Origin: Deltaproteobacteria bacterium
GTDB lineage: Bacteria; Myxococcota; Kuafuiibacteriia; Kuafuiibacteriales; Kuafuiibacteriaceae
Assembly (NCBI GenBank): GCA_040218735.1
Contig: JAVJQW010000023.1
Span: 448,001 to 512,000 of the forward strand
DNA: 64,000 nt
Reading direction: 5' to 3'
Below are positions 27,532 to 36,971 of the stretch, one piece after another; within the stretch, counting starts at the first letter, position 1; the number at the start of each line of letters is the position of its first letter. The position numbers were made by a program, and so were the translations under genes. Under the pieces are notes generated by a model. That model worked only from the letters and a program-made list of their open reading frames with translations. It did not search any database and was not told the DNA's origin.

Positions 27532-28176
27532 ATGACGAGCTTCATCGGCCTGATTTCGCTGATCGGCACGGCCACGACGACCGCGGGTGTGATGGTGAAC
27601 CCAGCGCCCGTCGAGGTGGTGTGCAAGTGTGAACCGGTCGCCGCGAAACCCACGGCCACGGAAGAAGCCATCGTCATCGCGGACAAGGGTGACTACGGAC
27701 TCTCGTTTCGCTTCGGTGGCCTGGCGAGCCTCTCGCTCGATGGTGACACGCGCGTGGTGTCGAACTTTCCGATCACGCAGGTGGGGCTGAAGATCGTTCG
27801 GAGTCGCGCGCTGCACATTCCAATCTCGTTCGGCTTCGCGTTCCGCGACGTCACGGACGGAGGCGGGCGCAACGACGCGGTCGTCGGCTTCGACCTCAAC
27901 GGCGGCATCGAATATCACTTCCGCATCTGGCGCAGGATCGCGCCGTACGCCGGAGTGACGTTGGGGCTCGGCTACACCGACATCGAAAACGACGCGCTGA
28001 TCGGGTTCGGGATCGGGCCCGTGCTGGGCGTCGAGTACTACGTCGCCGACCGAGTGAGTGTGGGCGCCGAGTACGCCTTCTCCTTTCAGATCGCGAAGCT
28101 GACCGACGGCGACGAAAAACTCATCAACCTGAGCACATCCGCCGCCGGACAGGCGCACCTGACGGTATACTTCTGA
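27532..28176 (+). CDS. outer-membrane beta-barrel protein
   Basis: Alternating amphipathic strands, PYAG, LGVEYY, C-terminal TVYF beta-signal. Confidence 0.75.
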   Translation: MTSFIGLISLIGTATTTAGVMVNPAPVEVVCKCEPVAAKPTATEEAIVIADKGDYGLSFRFGGLASLSLDGDTRVVSNFPITQVGLKIVRSRALHIPISFGFAFRDVTDGGGRNDAVVGFDLNGGIEYHFRIWRRIAPYAGVTLGLGYTDIENDALIGFGIGPVLGVEYYVADRVSVGAEYAFSFQIAKLTDGDEKLINLSTSAAGQAHLTVYF

Positions 28177-28182
28177 CGCAAC

Positions 28183-28710
28183 GTGATGCGCTTCGTACCG
28201 CACCTCGCCGTGGGCCTCGTCGCGCTGATCGCCGCGTGTGACACCGGCGCGCCCCCCGAGGAGCTCTACTACGGCCCGAAGGGCAAGCGCCTCGCGCCGC
28301 AGCCGTTCCCGCCGGGGCCCGAGGGGCCTTGGCTTCAGACGCGCGCGTCCGGCGAGCCGCGCGACGACGGCGTCCTCTTCGACCGCGGTACGCTCTGCGT
28401 CGTCGACCTCGACGAGGATCCCTACGAACAGTTCACCGTCGATTGTGAGTGCGGTGGTAGCTACGACTTCCGCGATGGCTTCGTCGAGCTCACGCTCGAC
28501 GGCGGGAACGTCGTGGCCACGGCGCCCTACGAGCTCCGCGACAACGGCAACGTGCTCGCGTTCGGAGAGTTCGGAGAAGCCACACGCTTCGACCTCCTCG
28601 AGGGGGCGCCCGACCACTACGAGCTCCTCGTGCGCCCCACGAAGATGTTCACGATCGACGACTGCAGTGGTGACCTCAGCCCCCGCGTGGTCATCGTGAC
28701 GGGGCCCTGA
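28183..28710 (+). CDS. hypothetical lipoprotein
   Basis: Lipobox IAAC; 6 bp after the barrel gene. Confidence 0.65.
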   Translation: MMRFVPHLAVGLVALIAACDTGAPPEELYYGPKGKRLAPQPFPPGPEGPWLQTRASGEPRDDGVLFDRGTLCVVDLDEDPYEQFTVDCECGGSYDFRDGFVELTLDGGNVVATAPYELRDNGNVLAFGEFGEATRFDLLEGAPDHYELLVRPTKMFTIDDCSGDLSPRVVIVTGP

Positions 28711-28763
28711 GCACTCGACGTAATTCTTGTGGTCACGTTCTGGTCCGCGATGGCACTCACACT

Positions 28764-30221
28764 TTGATGCTACGCCCCCTGCTCTCTTCGCTCCTGCTGA
28801 CCTCCGTCGCTTGTGTGGCGGCCCCGTACAACAATACGCAGGTCGGCAACGAGCAGCAGACGATCAACTTCCGCGGCTACTGGCTCGCGTCCGGTTCGCA
28901 GATGCAGATCCTGGCCAGCGCGAACCCGAACGGGCCGTTCACCCAGATCGCTACCGCCTACACCGGGACCGACGGCTACACCTACCCGGACGGGCTGACG
29001 GTCTACTTCTTCGAGGCCGCGATCAACGTGCCCGCGCAGTATTGGAGCGGTGACGAATGCACGGGTCGGCAGACCTACCTGCGGGCGAAGAACGGCCCCG
29101 TGTGGACCGTCCCGAGCCTCGATGCGATCGCGCCGAGCGGCGAGAGCCCGTACGCGTGCATCCAGAATCGCGTGAACAACGGGTGGTCGACGATCGACGC
29201 CGTCAACTACTGCAAGTCACCCGACTCGCCCAACGTGCGGTTGTTCACCGCCGCGAGCACCGGACCCAGCGCGTACATCGGCAACGTCACCATCGCGACC
29301 GCCGCGGACGAAAAGTACTGGTCTTGCCTCGAAACTCTGCAGGGCAACATGACGGTCTCCACGCTGAGCCCCGACGACGTCAGCCTGCCCCGCCTGCAGC
29401 AGATCACCGGGGACCTCTCGGTCGTCTACGATCGGTTCCCGCTGACCGCCGGCGAGGAGGCCTCCTATCTCTTCGAGGTCCCCAACCTCACCACGATCAC
29501 GGGAGACTTCGTCGTGACTTCACCGGCGATCACCCCCGGCTACTGGGGGCGCGTCGCGCTCGGCCTCGACGGGCTTACGAGCTTGCAAGGTGACTTGCAG
29601 ATTCAGATCGACGCCGGCAACGTCAGCCTGACCGGCCTCTCCGCGCTGAACGCGGTGGGGGGTGACTTGATCTTCGACGGGGGCACCGGTGACGCCGACA
29701 TGGATCAATTCGCCAGCGCGCTCACGCAGGTGGGTGGTGACTTGGAGGTCGACGCCGGTAACAACGTCCAGCAGCTCCTGAGGACCCTGCAGACCGTCGG
29801 CGGAGACTTCAGGCACCTCGACGGCAACCCCTACGCGACGGGCTCGGCGACGGACTCCTATCGCGACCTCCAATCCGTGGGTGGTGATCTAGTCCTGCAG
29901 GACGGTGTCATCCAGGGCCCCGGGACGTTCCCGCTCATGCCGAACCTCACCAGCATCGGTGCGACGCTCGAATATCGCCAGATGAACGGCCCGACGTCAC
30001 TGCGCGTGGGTGGGCGAGGGCTGAGCGTTGGCGGGCTCCTCGTCGAGAACAACTCCGCGCTCATCACCTTCGGCGGCAGCAACACCTCGGTGGCTCCGAC
30101 CGGTCCGATTCAGGTGACCAACAATCCCAACCTCTGCGTCTCGACCATCAACGCGTTCGTCGCGGGTCAGTCGGGTTGGACGGGCACGCTCACCCAGAGC
30201 GGCAACGACCCGGGCTGCTGA
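28764..30221 (+). CDS. lipoprotein with receptor-L-domain-like repeats
   Basis: Lipobox SVAC; repeated LxxLxxVGGDL / LPRLQQITGDL; ITFGG..IQVTNNPNLC. Confidence 0.7.
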   Translation: MMLRPLLSSLLLTSVACVAAPYNNTQVGNEQQTINFRGYWLASGSQMQILASANPNGPFTQIATAYTGTDGYTYPDGLTVYFFEAAINVPAQYWSGDECTGRQTYLRAKNGPVWTVPSLDAIAPSGESPYACIQNRVNNGWSTIDAVNYCKSPDSPNVRLFTAASTGPSAYIGNVTIATAADEKYWSCLETLQGNMTVSTLSPDDVSLPRLQQITGDLSVVYDRFPLTAGEEASYLFEVPNLTTITGDFVVTSPAITPGYWGRVALGLDGLTSLQGDLQIQIDAGNVSLTGLSALNAVGGDLIFDGGTGDADMDQFASALTQVGGDLEVDAGNNVQQLLRTLQTVGGDFRHLDGNPYATGSATDSYRDLQSVGGDLVLQDGVIQGPGTFPLMPNLTSIGATLEYRQMNGPTSLRVGGRGLSVGGLLVENNSALITFGGSNTSVAPTGPIQVTNNPNLCVSTINAFVAGQSGWTGTLTQSGNDPGC

Positions 30222-30285
30222 TCCTCTACCGAGGTGACCTGCAGGCCAGCTTGACGTGAGGGCCGAGGCTTCGCAGGGTCTCGGC

Positions 30286-32562
30286 ATGGATTCACGCTGG
30301 GTCATCGCAACGGTACTCACCACGACGTTGGTGGCGTGCTCGGACGACGATGCAAAACTACAGGCGCCGCTGGCGCTACTCACCCAGCAGCTCGCCGAGG
30401 GCGTGATCTTCGAGGACTATGAGTTCTCGCTCGAAGCAGCGGGCGGCGTCGTGCCGCACACCTGGTCGATCGCGGCTGGAGAGCTCCCTGTCGGCCTGAA
30501 GTTGGACGGCGCTCGAATCACCGGACGCCCAACCCGCGTCGGGACCTCGACCCTCACCGTGCGCGTCATCGATGACGCACAAGCCTCCGCGACGCGCGAG
30601 CTACCAATTCGAATCAACGCGGTGGAGATCGAGCCGCTCGCGAACGCGTGCGAATCCGGCTTCGGCGTCGAGCTCGACGACCGCACCGCAACGTACATGG
30701 CCCGTCTGCCCGACGAACCGACCGACGACGACGCCGTGGCCTGTGGAACCGACGACGGGGACGCGTGGGCCCGCTTCAACCTCGTGCTCATCAACCAGAG
30801 CCACGTCGAGATCCGCTTGGCGGGCGACGTCCTGGCCGCGTTCGGGGATCAGTGTCCGCTCGACGAACGAGGAACGCAGGTCTGCGGCAACGCGCTCGAC
30901 CTCACGCTGCATCCGGGCACCTACCGCGTGGGCGTCTTCGGCGACCCCTCGACGCTGTTCGAGCTCACCATCACCGCGCGTCCGCGACAGATCGACCCCG
31001 ACGCAGAGGGCACCTGCACGAACCCCATCGAAGTCACGCTCGCCCGCGGACAGAACGACCTGATGGGTGACTTCGACGACCTCGACGCCGACACTCTTGG
31101 GCAACTCTGCGCGGGGCCCTATCGTCGCGACGTCGTTTACCAACTCACGCTGAACGAACGCTCGGCCCTCTACCTCGACGCCCAGGACAGTTTGCACTTC
31201 GGATTCTTGAACGGCGGCTGTGAATCGGACGCCCACATCTGCGGTAGCAACTCCGATCCGATCTTCCTCGACGACGTGGCCCCCGGGACCTACCCCCTCA
31301 TCCTGGAGGAGCGGAACAACCACCACACGTATCACATGCAAATCACCCGGTTCGACTACGTCCCACGGCCCGCCAACGACCGCTGCCAGGGTGCCGAGGT
31401 GCTCGACCTGTCGTCGGGACCGGCGCGTGTCTCGGGCCGGTGGCTCGGCGCGGCCCCGGAGTCCGGCGCCGGCTGTGGCGGTCAGCGCGCGCGCTTCTAC
31501 AGCGTGACGTTGGACGAACCCGCGAGCCTGGACATCACCGACGCCAACGACGACAGCAGGATCCAGATCTTGGACGGTTGCGGCGGAGCCGAGCTCGCCT
31601 GCAACAACCGCGACGTGTGCCCCGCGTCGCTGGACGCCGGCACCTACGTCATCCGCGTCTCACACACGAACAGCGATCGCTTCTTCGGTTCGTTCGACCT
31701 CACGGTCGCACGCGGCGAGGCCGTGCCGCGCCCCACCAACGATACATGCGCCACGGCCGAAGCGGTGACTCCGAGCGAAGGCCTCGCGTCGGTGAGCGGG
31801 TCGATGCTCTACGCCGAGCCGGATCCGGTCGCGCCACAGTGCGGGAGCTCCAGCCGAGGCGACGTCTACTACGCGCTGACGCTCGCCGAGCGCTCGGACG
31901 TATCACTCAGGATGGCCAACGACTCGGGTCTGTCGGCGTCGTTGTTCTCCGGAAGCTGCACGAACCCGACGGGCGGCGTCTGTCTGGACCGCCTCGGCTC
32001 CACCCAAACCTGGTTCTCCGTGCCCGCGGGTCCGCTGTACATCGCCCTGGAGCGCGGCGGCTCGAGCTCCGAGCTCGAATGCAACGGCTCCAGGGAAGGC
32101 TTCGAGCTCGACATCGACGTGCAGCCGTCACCGCCAGCGCCGCCCAACGACACGTGCGCCTCGCCGACGCTCATCACCTTCCCCGGCGGACACGGCTCGA
32201 TCGCCGCTGCGCACGGGACGACCGTCGGCGCCGCGAACGACCTCGATCCCCTCACCTGCCCCGCGGACTCGGAGCAACCGACGGGCCTCGACGTCTTCTA
32301 CGAGATCGTCGTGCCCGTCGCGTCCAAGCTCCGCGTCACACCGACCAACGTCTCAGAGGACATGAGCGTCTCGCTGCACAGCCTGAGCTGCGGCGACACC
32401 GGCGCCCTCGCGTGCGGCTCGTCGTCGGGCGGCGACGGCTTCGAGACGACGTTCGGCGTCCCGGCTGGGAGCTACTTCCTCCGCGTCGAACAGTTGGGCC
32501 GCTTCGGCAATACGGTCACGCCGGCCGACTTCACCTACGCGATCGAGCTACTCGCCCCCTGA
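30286..32562 (+). CDS. lipoprotein with putative Ig domain and repeated PPC-like Cys modules
   Basis: Lipobox LVAC; GGVVPHTWSIAAGELPVGL; three PxNDxC modules with DVxY and GxY strands. Confidence 0.75.
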   Translation: MDSRWVIATVLTTTLVACSDDDAKLQAPLALLTQQLAEGVIFEDYEFSLEAAGGVVPHTWSIAAGELPVGLKLDGARITGRPTRVGTSTLTVRVIDDAQASATRELPIRINAVEIEPLANACESGFGVELDDRTATYMARLPDEPTDDDAVACGTDDGDAWARFNLVLINQSHVEIRLAGDVLAAFGDQCPLDERGTQVCGNALDLTLHPGTYRVGVFGDPSTLFELTITARPRQIDPDAEGTCTNPIEVTLARGQNDLMGDFDDLDADTLGQLCAGPYRRDVVYQLTLNERSALYLDAQDSLHFGFLNGGCESDAHICGSNSDPIFLDDVAPGTYPLILEERNNHHTYHMQITRFDYVPRPANDRCQGAEVLDLSSGPARVSGRWLGAAPESGAGCGGQRARFYSVTLDEPASLDITDANDDSRIQILDGCGGAELACNNRDVCPASLDAGTYVIRVSHTNSDRFFGSFDLTVARGEAVPRPTNDTCATAEAVTPSEGLASVSGSMLYAEPDPVAPQCGSSSRGDVYYALTLAERSDVSLRMANDSGLSASLFSGSCTNPTGGVCLDRLGSTQTWFSVPAGPLYIALERGGSSSELECNGSREGFELDIDVQPSPPAPPNDTCASPTLITFPGGHGSIAAAHGTTVGAANDLDPLTCPADSEQPTGLDVFYEIVVPVASKLRVTPTNVSEDMSVSLHSLSCGDTGALACGSSSGGDGFETTFGVPAGSYFLRVEQLGRFGNTVTPADFTYAIELLAP

Positions 32563-33281
32563 GGAGAGTCGCGCAGCGCGGTCGCCAACGCCGCAGCGAC
32601 CGCGGCGAGCCCGTCGACCAGGCGATCGAGCGGTTCGTCGAAGTACTGATCGGAGTGCTCGGGCAACACGATCACTGAGTTCCCCTGCACCTCGAAGCGC
32701 GCGCCGTGCTGCGCGTCGATCGCGGAGGTGAGCTCCGGCGTCCAGAGCCCCTCGACCGCGCTCGGCGTCGAACCCGAGACGACCCACCGCTTCGCGAAGT
32801 CCGCCTCGCCGACGTCCGCGGGGGTGTAGCCACGGTCGAGCTGCCCGCGCGGCAACCCGATCGCATCGACGACCGAGGCGATCCGCTGCCGCGCCTGCTC
32901 CTGTTCGTGGCGCGCACGACAGATGAAGCTCGGCGCCGTCTGCGGCAAACGCGCCGCGAGCACCGTCCGAACGGAGGTCTGCGTGCTCTGCGACGAGCGC
33001 GTCGTGACGTGCGCGTCGAAGACGGTGACCTCGACGCCCCGGTGGCGAAGCTCCACCACATCCAGCGCACGCGCGCCGCGGCTCGTGAACGGCGCCGCGG
33101 GCTCGAGCCGCGCGCGCAGGGACTCCGTCGCGTCCGCCTTATACTGACCGCCGCGCCGCTCGGCCCACGCGCGCATGAACTTCTTCCGCTGCTGCCGAAG
33201 CACGACCTTCACGCCGATCACGAGCGCGAACACCACGGCGAACAGGCCGAGCACGATCCAGAACCCAACGTCCTTGGACAT
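32535..33281 (-). CDS. hypothetical single-pass membrane protein
   Basis: N-terminal TM helix followed by basic residues; 10 bp after the upstream gene. Confidence 0.65.
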   Translation of the reverse strand: MSKDVGFWIVLGLFAVVFALVIGVKVVLRQQRKKFMRAWAERRGGQYKADATESLRARLEPAAPFTSRGARALDVVELRHRGVEVTVFDAHVTTRSSQSTQTSVRTVLAARLPQTAPSFICRARHEQEQARQRIASVVDAIGLPRGQLDRGYTPADVGEADFAKRWVVSGSTPSAVEGLWTPELTSAIDAQHGARFEVQGNSVIVLPEHSDQYFDEPLDRLVDGLAAVAAALATALRDSPQGASSSIA

Positions 33282-33291
33282 CCTGAGTGCC

Positions 33292-35040
33292 TCAGGGTCC
33301 GCAGGTCTCGGAGGTGGTGTTCACGTAAGTCACCCGCACCAGCTCGGCGGTGGCGTTGGCGTCGTAGCTGCGCACGCCGCAACCTGCGTTGCGGATCGTC
33401 GCGTCCTCGAGACGAACGTACGCGTCGGCGTTTCCGAACCCGACGTCGACCGCGGTCCCCGCGCCGTCGATCTCGACGTGCCGCAACACGTTGAGCATGC
33501 TGCTCGACCGGACGCTGATTCCGGCCCAGGCCTCCTGGGGGCTCGGCGGCCGAAAGACGACCGGCATCGCCGCGCTTCCTTCGACGGTGAGTGAGCCCCG
33601 CCCTTGGACCCCACCGACGACGACCACGCCGGCGCCGGGGGTCATCTCGAAGACGACGCCGGGCTGGACGGTCATGTCGAGCAAGACGATCAGGTTCCGC
33701 TCCGGCGTGAAGCCTGGATAGGCGTCCTGCTCTTCGTCGGTCATGCCCACGCGGTACGGCACGCCGGGATCGCGGACGCCGTAACCCTCCGTGAAGACCT
33801 CGCCGCCGCGCAGCCACACCCGGTTGTCACCGTTGTCGGTGAACGTGTTGTCCGCCCCGAGGCCCATCGTCCCGTGCGGCCACAGCGCGAGCGGGTAGCC
33901 GCTGACCCGGCGAATGGTCGAGCGCTCCACGACGAACGCGCCGGGGTCGTACACTGCGGTATCCAGAATGACATCGATCCCGTTGCCGAGGCCGTCCTCG
34001 ATCACGGAGTCCACGACGCGCAGGTCGACGACGTCCGCGACGCCGAAGTCGTGACTGCCGAGCGCGATGCTCGCCTGGACCACCGACCTCGGGTTCTGTT
34101 CGGTCCAAGCGCGCCCGGCGTGGCGAATGACGACGTTTTCGAGGACGTTGTTCTCGTCGGAGTCGTCGCGCCGTGGGTTGAGGAAGAGGCCGCGCCAGTG
34201 CCCGGGCCCCGGAGCGCCGCGGTCGTCGGCGCCTTCGAAGACGATCGGCGCGTTCGGCGTACCCTCCGCGATGACGCGGCCGACGACGCGCATCGCGGCG
34301 TCCTCCTCGAACCAGATGCGCACGCCCGGATCGATCCGCAGATCGGTACTCACGATGAGCCCGCGGAACGCCGGGCTCGGGTGGTCGCCCACCTCCACGA
34401 TGTAGTCGGGGGCCTCGGCGTCGAGCACGATGTTCTCGAGCCGATCGCCCACCATCGAGTTGTTGTCGAGACGCACCGCTTCGCCGGCCCGCACCGTGAG
34501 CCCAATGACCGAGAAGTGTTCGACGCTCGCGGTCGCGAGCTGGTGCGCGGTGTCGAGCGTCGTCGGCAACGTCGCCGACCACTGCCCATCCTCCAGGTAC
34601 GACGCGACCACGTCCGAGGGCGTCGCACCCGCCGGGATGCGCGCGGGGTCGTACGGCATCTCGAGCTGCGCCGGGACCGCGAACTGCAACCCGTCCGGGT
34701 TGAAGTCCACGACCGGCCCGACCGCGGACGCCGGGCCGGACACAAACGTCATCGCGATCTCGACGGGCTCGCTCAACGCCCCCGCGGGGACGTCGAAGCG
34801 CACGCCGCCGCTCTCCAGCACCCCGCCCTCTGGCCCGATGGTCGCGCGTACGCTGTCGGCGACGCCGCCGTCGGGGGCCTCGCCCGCGTCGCGGACCTGC
34901 GCGTCCGTCGGTCCGGCGTCGCGGGCGGACGGGGTGCCTGCGTCGCGCGCGGCTGGGTCCGGGTCTTCGCCGCTGCAGGCCGCGGCGAGCGCGAAGGCGG
35001 CGAACACGAGACAGGAGCGGAGGAGCGTCGGTGGGGTCAT
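33292..35040 (-). CDS. lipoprotein with ZU5-like domain and right-handed beta-helix
   Basis: Start MTPPT at 35040; lipobox AAAC; IGPEGG..VPAGAL..PDGLQFAVP..VEHFS; IDPGV..F..GT..PIVF..GHWRG repeats. Confidence 0.8.
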   Translation of the reverse strand: MTPPTLLRSCLVFAAFALAAACSGEDPDPAARDAGTPSARDAGPTDAQVRDAGEAPDGGVADSVRATIGPEGGVLESGGVRFDVPAGALSEPVEIAMTFVSGPASAVGPVVDFNPDGLQFAVPAQLEMPYDPARIPAGATPSDVVASYLEDGQWSATLPTTLDTAHQLATASVEHFSVIGLTVRAGEAVRLDNNSMVGDRLENIVLDAEAPDYIVEVGDHPSPAFRGLIVSTDLRIDPGVRIWFEEDAAMRVVGRVIAEGTPNAPIVFEGADDRGAPGPGHWRGLFLNPRRDDSDENNVLENVVIRHAGRAWTEQNPRSVVQASIALGSHDFGVADVVDLRVVDSVIEDGLGNGIDVILDTAVYDPGAFVVERSTIRRVSGYPLALWPHGTMGLGADNTFTDNGDNRVWLRGGEVFTEGYGVRDPGVPYRVGMTDEEQDAYPGFTPERNLIVLLDMTVQPGVVFEMTPGAGVVVVGGVQGRGSLTVEGSAAMPVVFRPPSPQEAWAGISVRSSSMLNVLRHVEIDGAGTAVDVGFGNADAYVRLEDATIRNAGCGVRSYDANATAELVRVTYVNTTSETCGP

Positions 35041-35041
35041 C

Positions 35042-35085
35042 GATGGTCCTTTCGTGGTTCGCGGAGATCTGCGCGGAGTTTTTTC
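35042..35085 (-). promoter_or_regulatory. conserved upstream motif copy A (putative ECF promoter)
   Basis: Minus strand GAAAAAACTCCGCGCAG-N11-CCACGAAAGGACCATC; aligns ungapped with copy B at 41981-42024. Confidence 0.7.
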
Positions 35086-35090
35086 ACCGC

Positions 35091-36971
35091 TCACTCACAA
35101 GGCCCTTCCCGGCACGCATCCACCGTAACCCGAGTGACGTCCGCCTCGACCTCCAGCTCCCGCCGCGTCGCCGGGCCGAAGTCCACGACGACCCGAACGG
35201 GCCCGGCGTACGCCCCGAGCCCGAAGTGCGCGACGGGCTCGGACATGCCGAGGTGGCCATCGGGACCGAGCGTTCGAATCTGCGCGGGCTGCTCGCCGGC
35301 GAACACCCGCACCGTCGCCCCCCACGCCGGGCGCTCGCCCTCGCGCGGCCGAACGCGGAGCCACCGCCGCTCGGACAGCGCGGCGTCGACCACCTCCGAC
35401 CGCAGCGCGCGCGGCGCCGACGGAGGCTCAGCGTGCACGACGACGTCCTGATCGCCATCCTCGTCGAAGTCCGCGAGCGCGATCGCCGTGGCGCCGAGCA
35501 GGTGCCCGCTCACGTCGAGGCGCACCAACGAGAAGCCGGCTTGGCCCTGCCCGTGCCGGTTGAGCAACAGGACCGGCCCCATCCCGCAGCGGAACGAAGG
35601 CAGCGGCACGAAGACGTCGAGGTCGCCGTCGTGGTCGACGTCGGTCCACGCCATCGTGCGACCGCCGTAACGGAGGCTCGCGCCGGACCACGGTGCGTCG
35701 TCCGGCACGCGGCAGTCGGTGGCGGGAGGGTCGAGGTCGAGGGCGCTGACGGCTTCGAACGCGCCCGACCCGACGTTGCGTAGGAGGCCGATGCCGGAGG
35801 GTTCGTCGCCTTGGGTGCCGTCGCGCGTGTACGCGAGATCGAGATCGCCGTCCGCGTCGAAGTCGACCCAGCTCACCGCGGCGCACGTCGACCAGCGCTC
35901 CAGGCCCGACGCCACCGTGACGTCGAAGAGCTGTCCGCCGCGGTTCTCCCAGAGCCCGAAGAAGCTGCCGCACGCGGCGACGTCGGGATCACCGTCCGCG
36001 TCGAAGTCACCGACCGCGACCGCGTCGCACTGTGCGCCGAGCGGCGGGTCCGGCGCGGCTTCCTCGCGTTGCAACCTACCTTGCGACCCGCCGAGGACGA
36101 CGAACCGCCCCTCCCCGGGGAACTCGTCGTTGCGCATGCACCCGACGAGCTCGACGGTTCCGTCGTCGTCGAGGTCGACGGGCACCGCGAGATCAAAACC
36201 ACGCGGGCCGAGCGGATCGACGTCGACGGCGCGCCACCCGGCCCCCTCGAACGTCAACGCACCGACCGCGCTCCGCGCCGGCCCGCCCGCGAAGACGAGC
36301 TCGGGGCGAGCGTCGCCGATCACGTCGACCGCGCTCACGCCGACGTGCCCCGGGACCGCCGGGCTGTCGAGCGCGGATGCTCGCCAGCCTTCGTCTTCGA
36401 ACGTGAGGACGGTCGGGGGCACGAACGCCGCGTCGTCGTGGGCGAGCACGAGCTCGAGGCGTCCATCGAGATCCAGATCGACGAGCGCCGCACCGCGCCC
36501 CGAGGGGGCCGCGCGCAGATCGTCGGAGGTGACGTCGCGCAGCCACGGGCTCAGGTAGCGGAAGGCGCTGGGGAGGACCGCCTCGCTCTGTCCGGTCCGA
36601 ACGCGAACGTCGACCGCTCCCCCCTCCGCGGGCCCGGCGGGCACCGTACAGCGGACCTCTGCGGAGCTGTCGCGGACGACGTCGCGACACACCGCACCGC
36701 CGAGCGCGACTTCGACGTCGGCGTCGAAGCCCGTGCCGAGGATTCGCAGCTCGGTGCCGCCTTCACTCGGACCGGAGCTCGGATCGACCCGGGTGATCGA
36801 AAGCGGCTCGGCGCAACCTTGGCTCGCGGCCGCGCAGGTCTGGGTCGCTGCGCAGCAGACGTAACCGTCGATGCAGGGGCACGGCGCGCCGAGGAGCAAC
36901 GCGTCGGCGGAGCACGCGACGAGCGCGAGGGCGACCAGCGCCGCGAGCTTGTGAAGACGTCGCACGCGCAT
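35091..36971 (-). CDS. IPT/TIG + FG-GAP/ASPIC (CRTAC1-like) lipoprotein
   Basis: Start MRVRR at 36971; lipobox LVAC; ITRVDPSSGPSEGGT; DFDADGDLD repeats; WLRVR..GATV..HFGLG. Confidence 0.85.
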   Translation of the reverse strand: MRVRRLHKLAALVALALVACSADALLLGAPCPCIDGYVCCAATQTCAAASQGCAEPLSITRVDPSSGPSEGGTELRILGTGFDADVEVALGGAVCRDVVRDSSAEVRCTVPAGPAEGGAVDVRVRTGQSEAVLPSAFRYLSPWLRDVTSDDLRAAPSGRGAALVDLDLDGRLELVLAHDDAAFVPPTVLTFEDEGWRASALDSPAVPGHVGVSAVDVIGDARPELVFAGGPARSAVGALTFEGAGWRAVDVDPLGPRGFDLAVPVDLDDDGTVELVGCMRNDEFPGEGRFVVLGGSQGRLQREEAAPDPPLGAQCDAVAVGDFDADGDPDVAACGSFFGLWENRGGQLFDVTVASGLERWSTCAAVSWVDFDADGDLDLAYTRDGTQGDEPSGIGLLRNVGSGAFEAVSALDLDPPATDCRVPDDAPWSGASLRYGGRTMAWTDVDHDGDLDVFVPLPSFRCGMGPVLLLNRHGQGQAGFSLVRLDVSGHLLGATAIALADFDEDGDQDVVVHAEPPSAPRALRSEVVDAALSERRWLRVRPREGERPAWGATVRVFAGEQPAQIRTLGPDGHLGMSEPVAHFGLGAYAGPVRVVVDFGPATRRELEVEADVTRVTVDACREGPCE

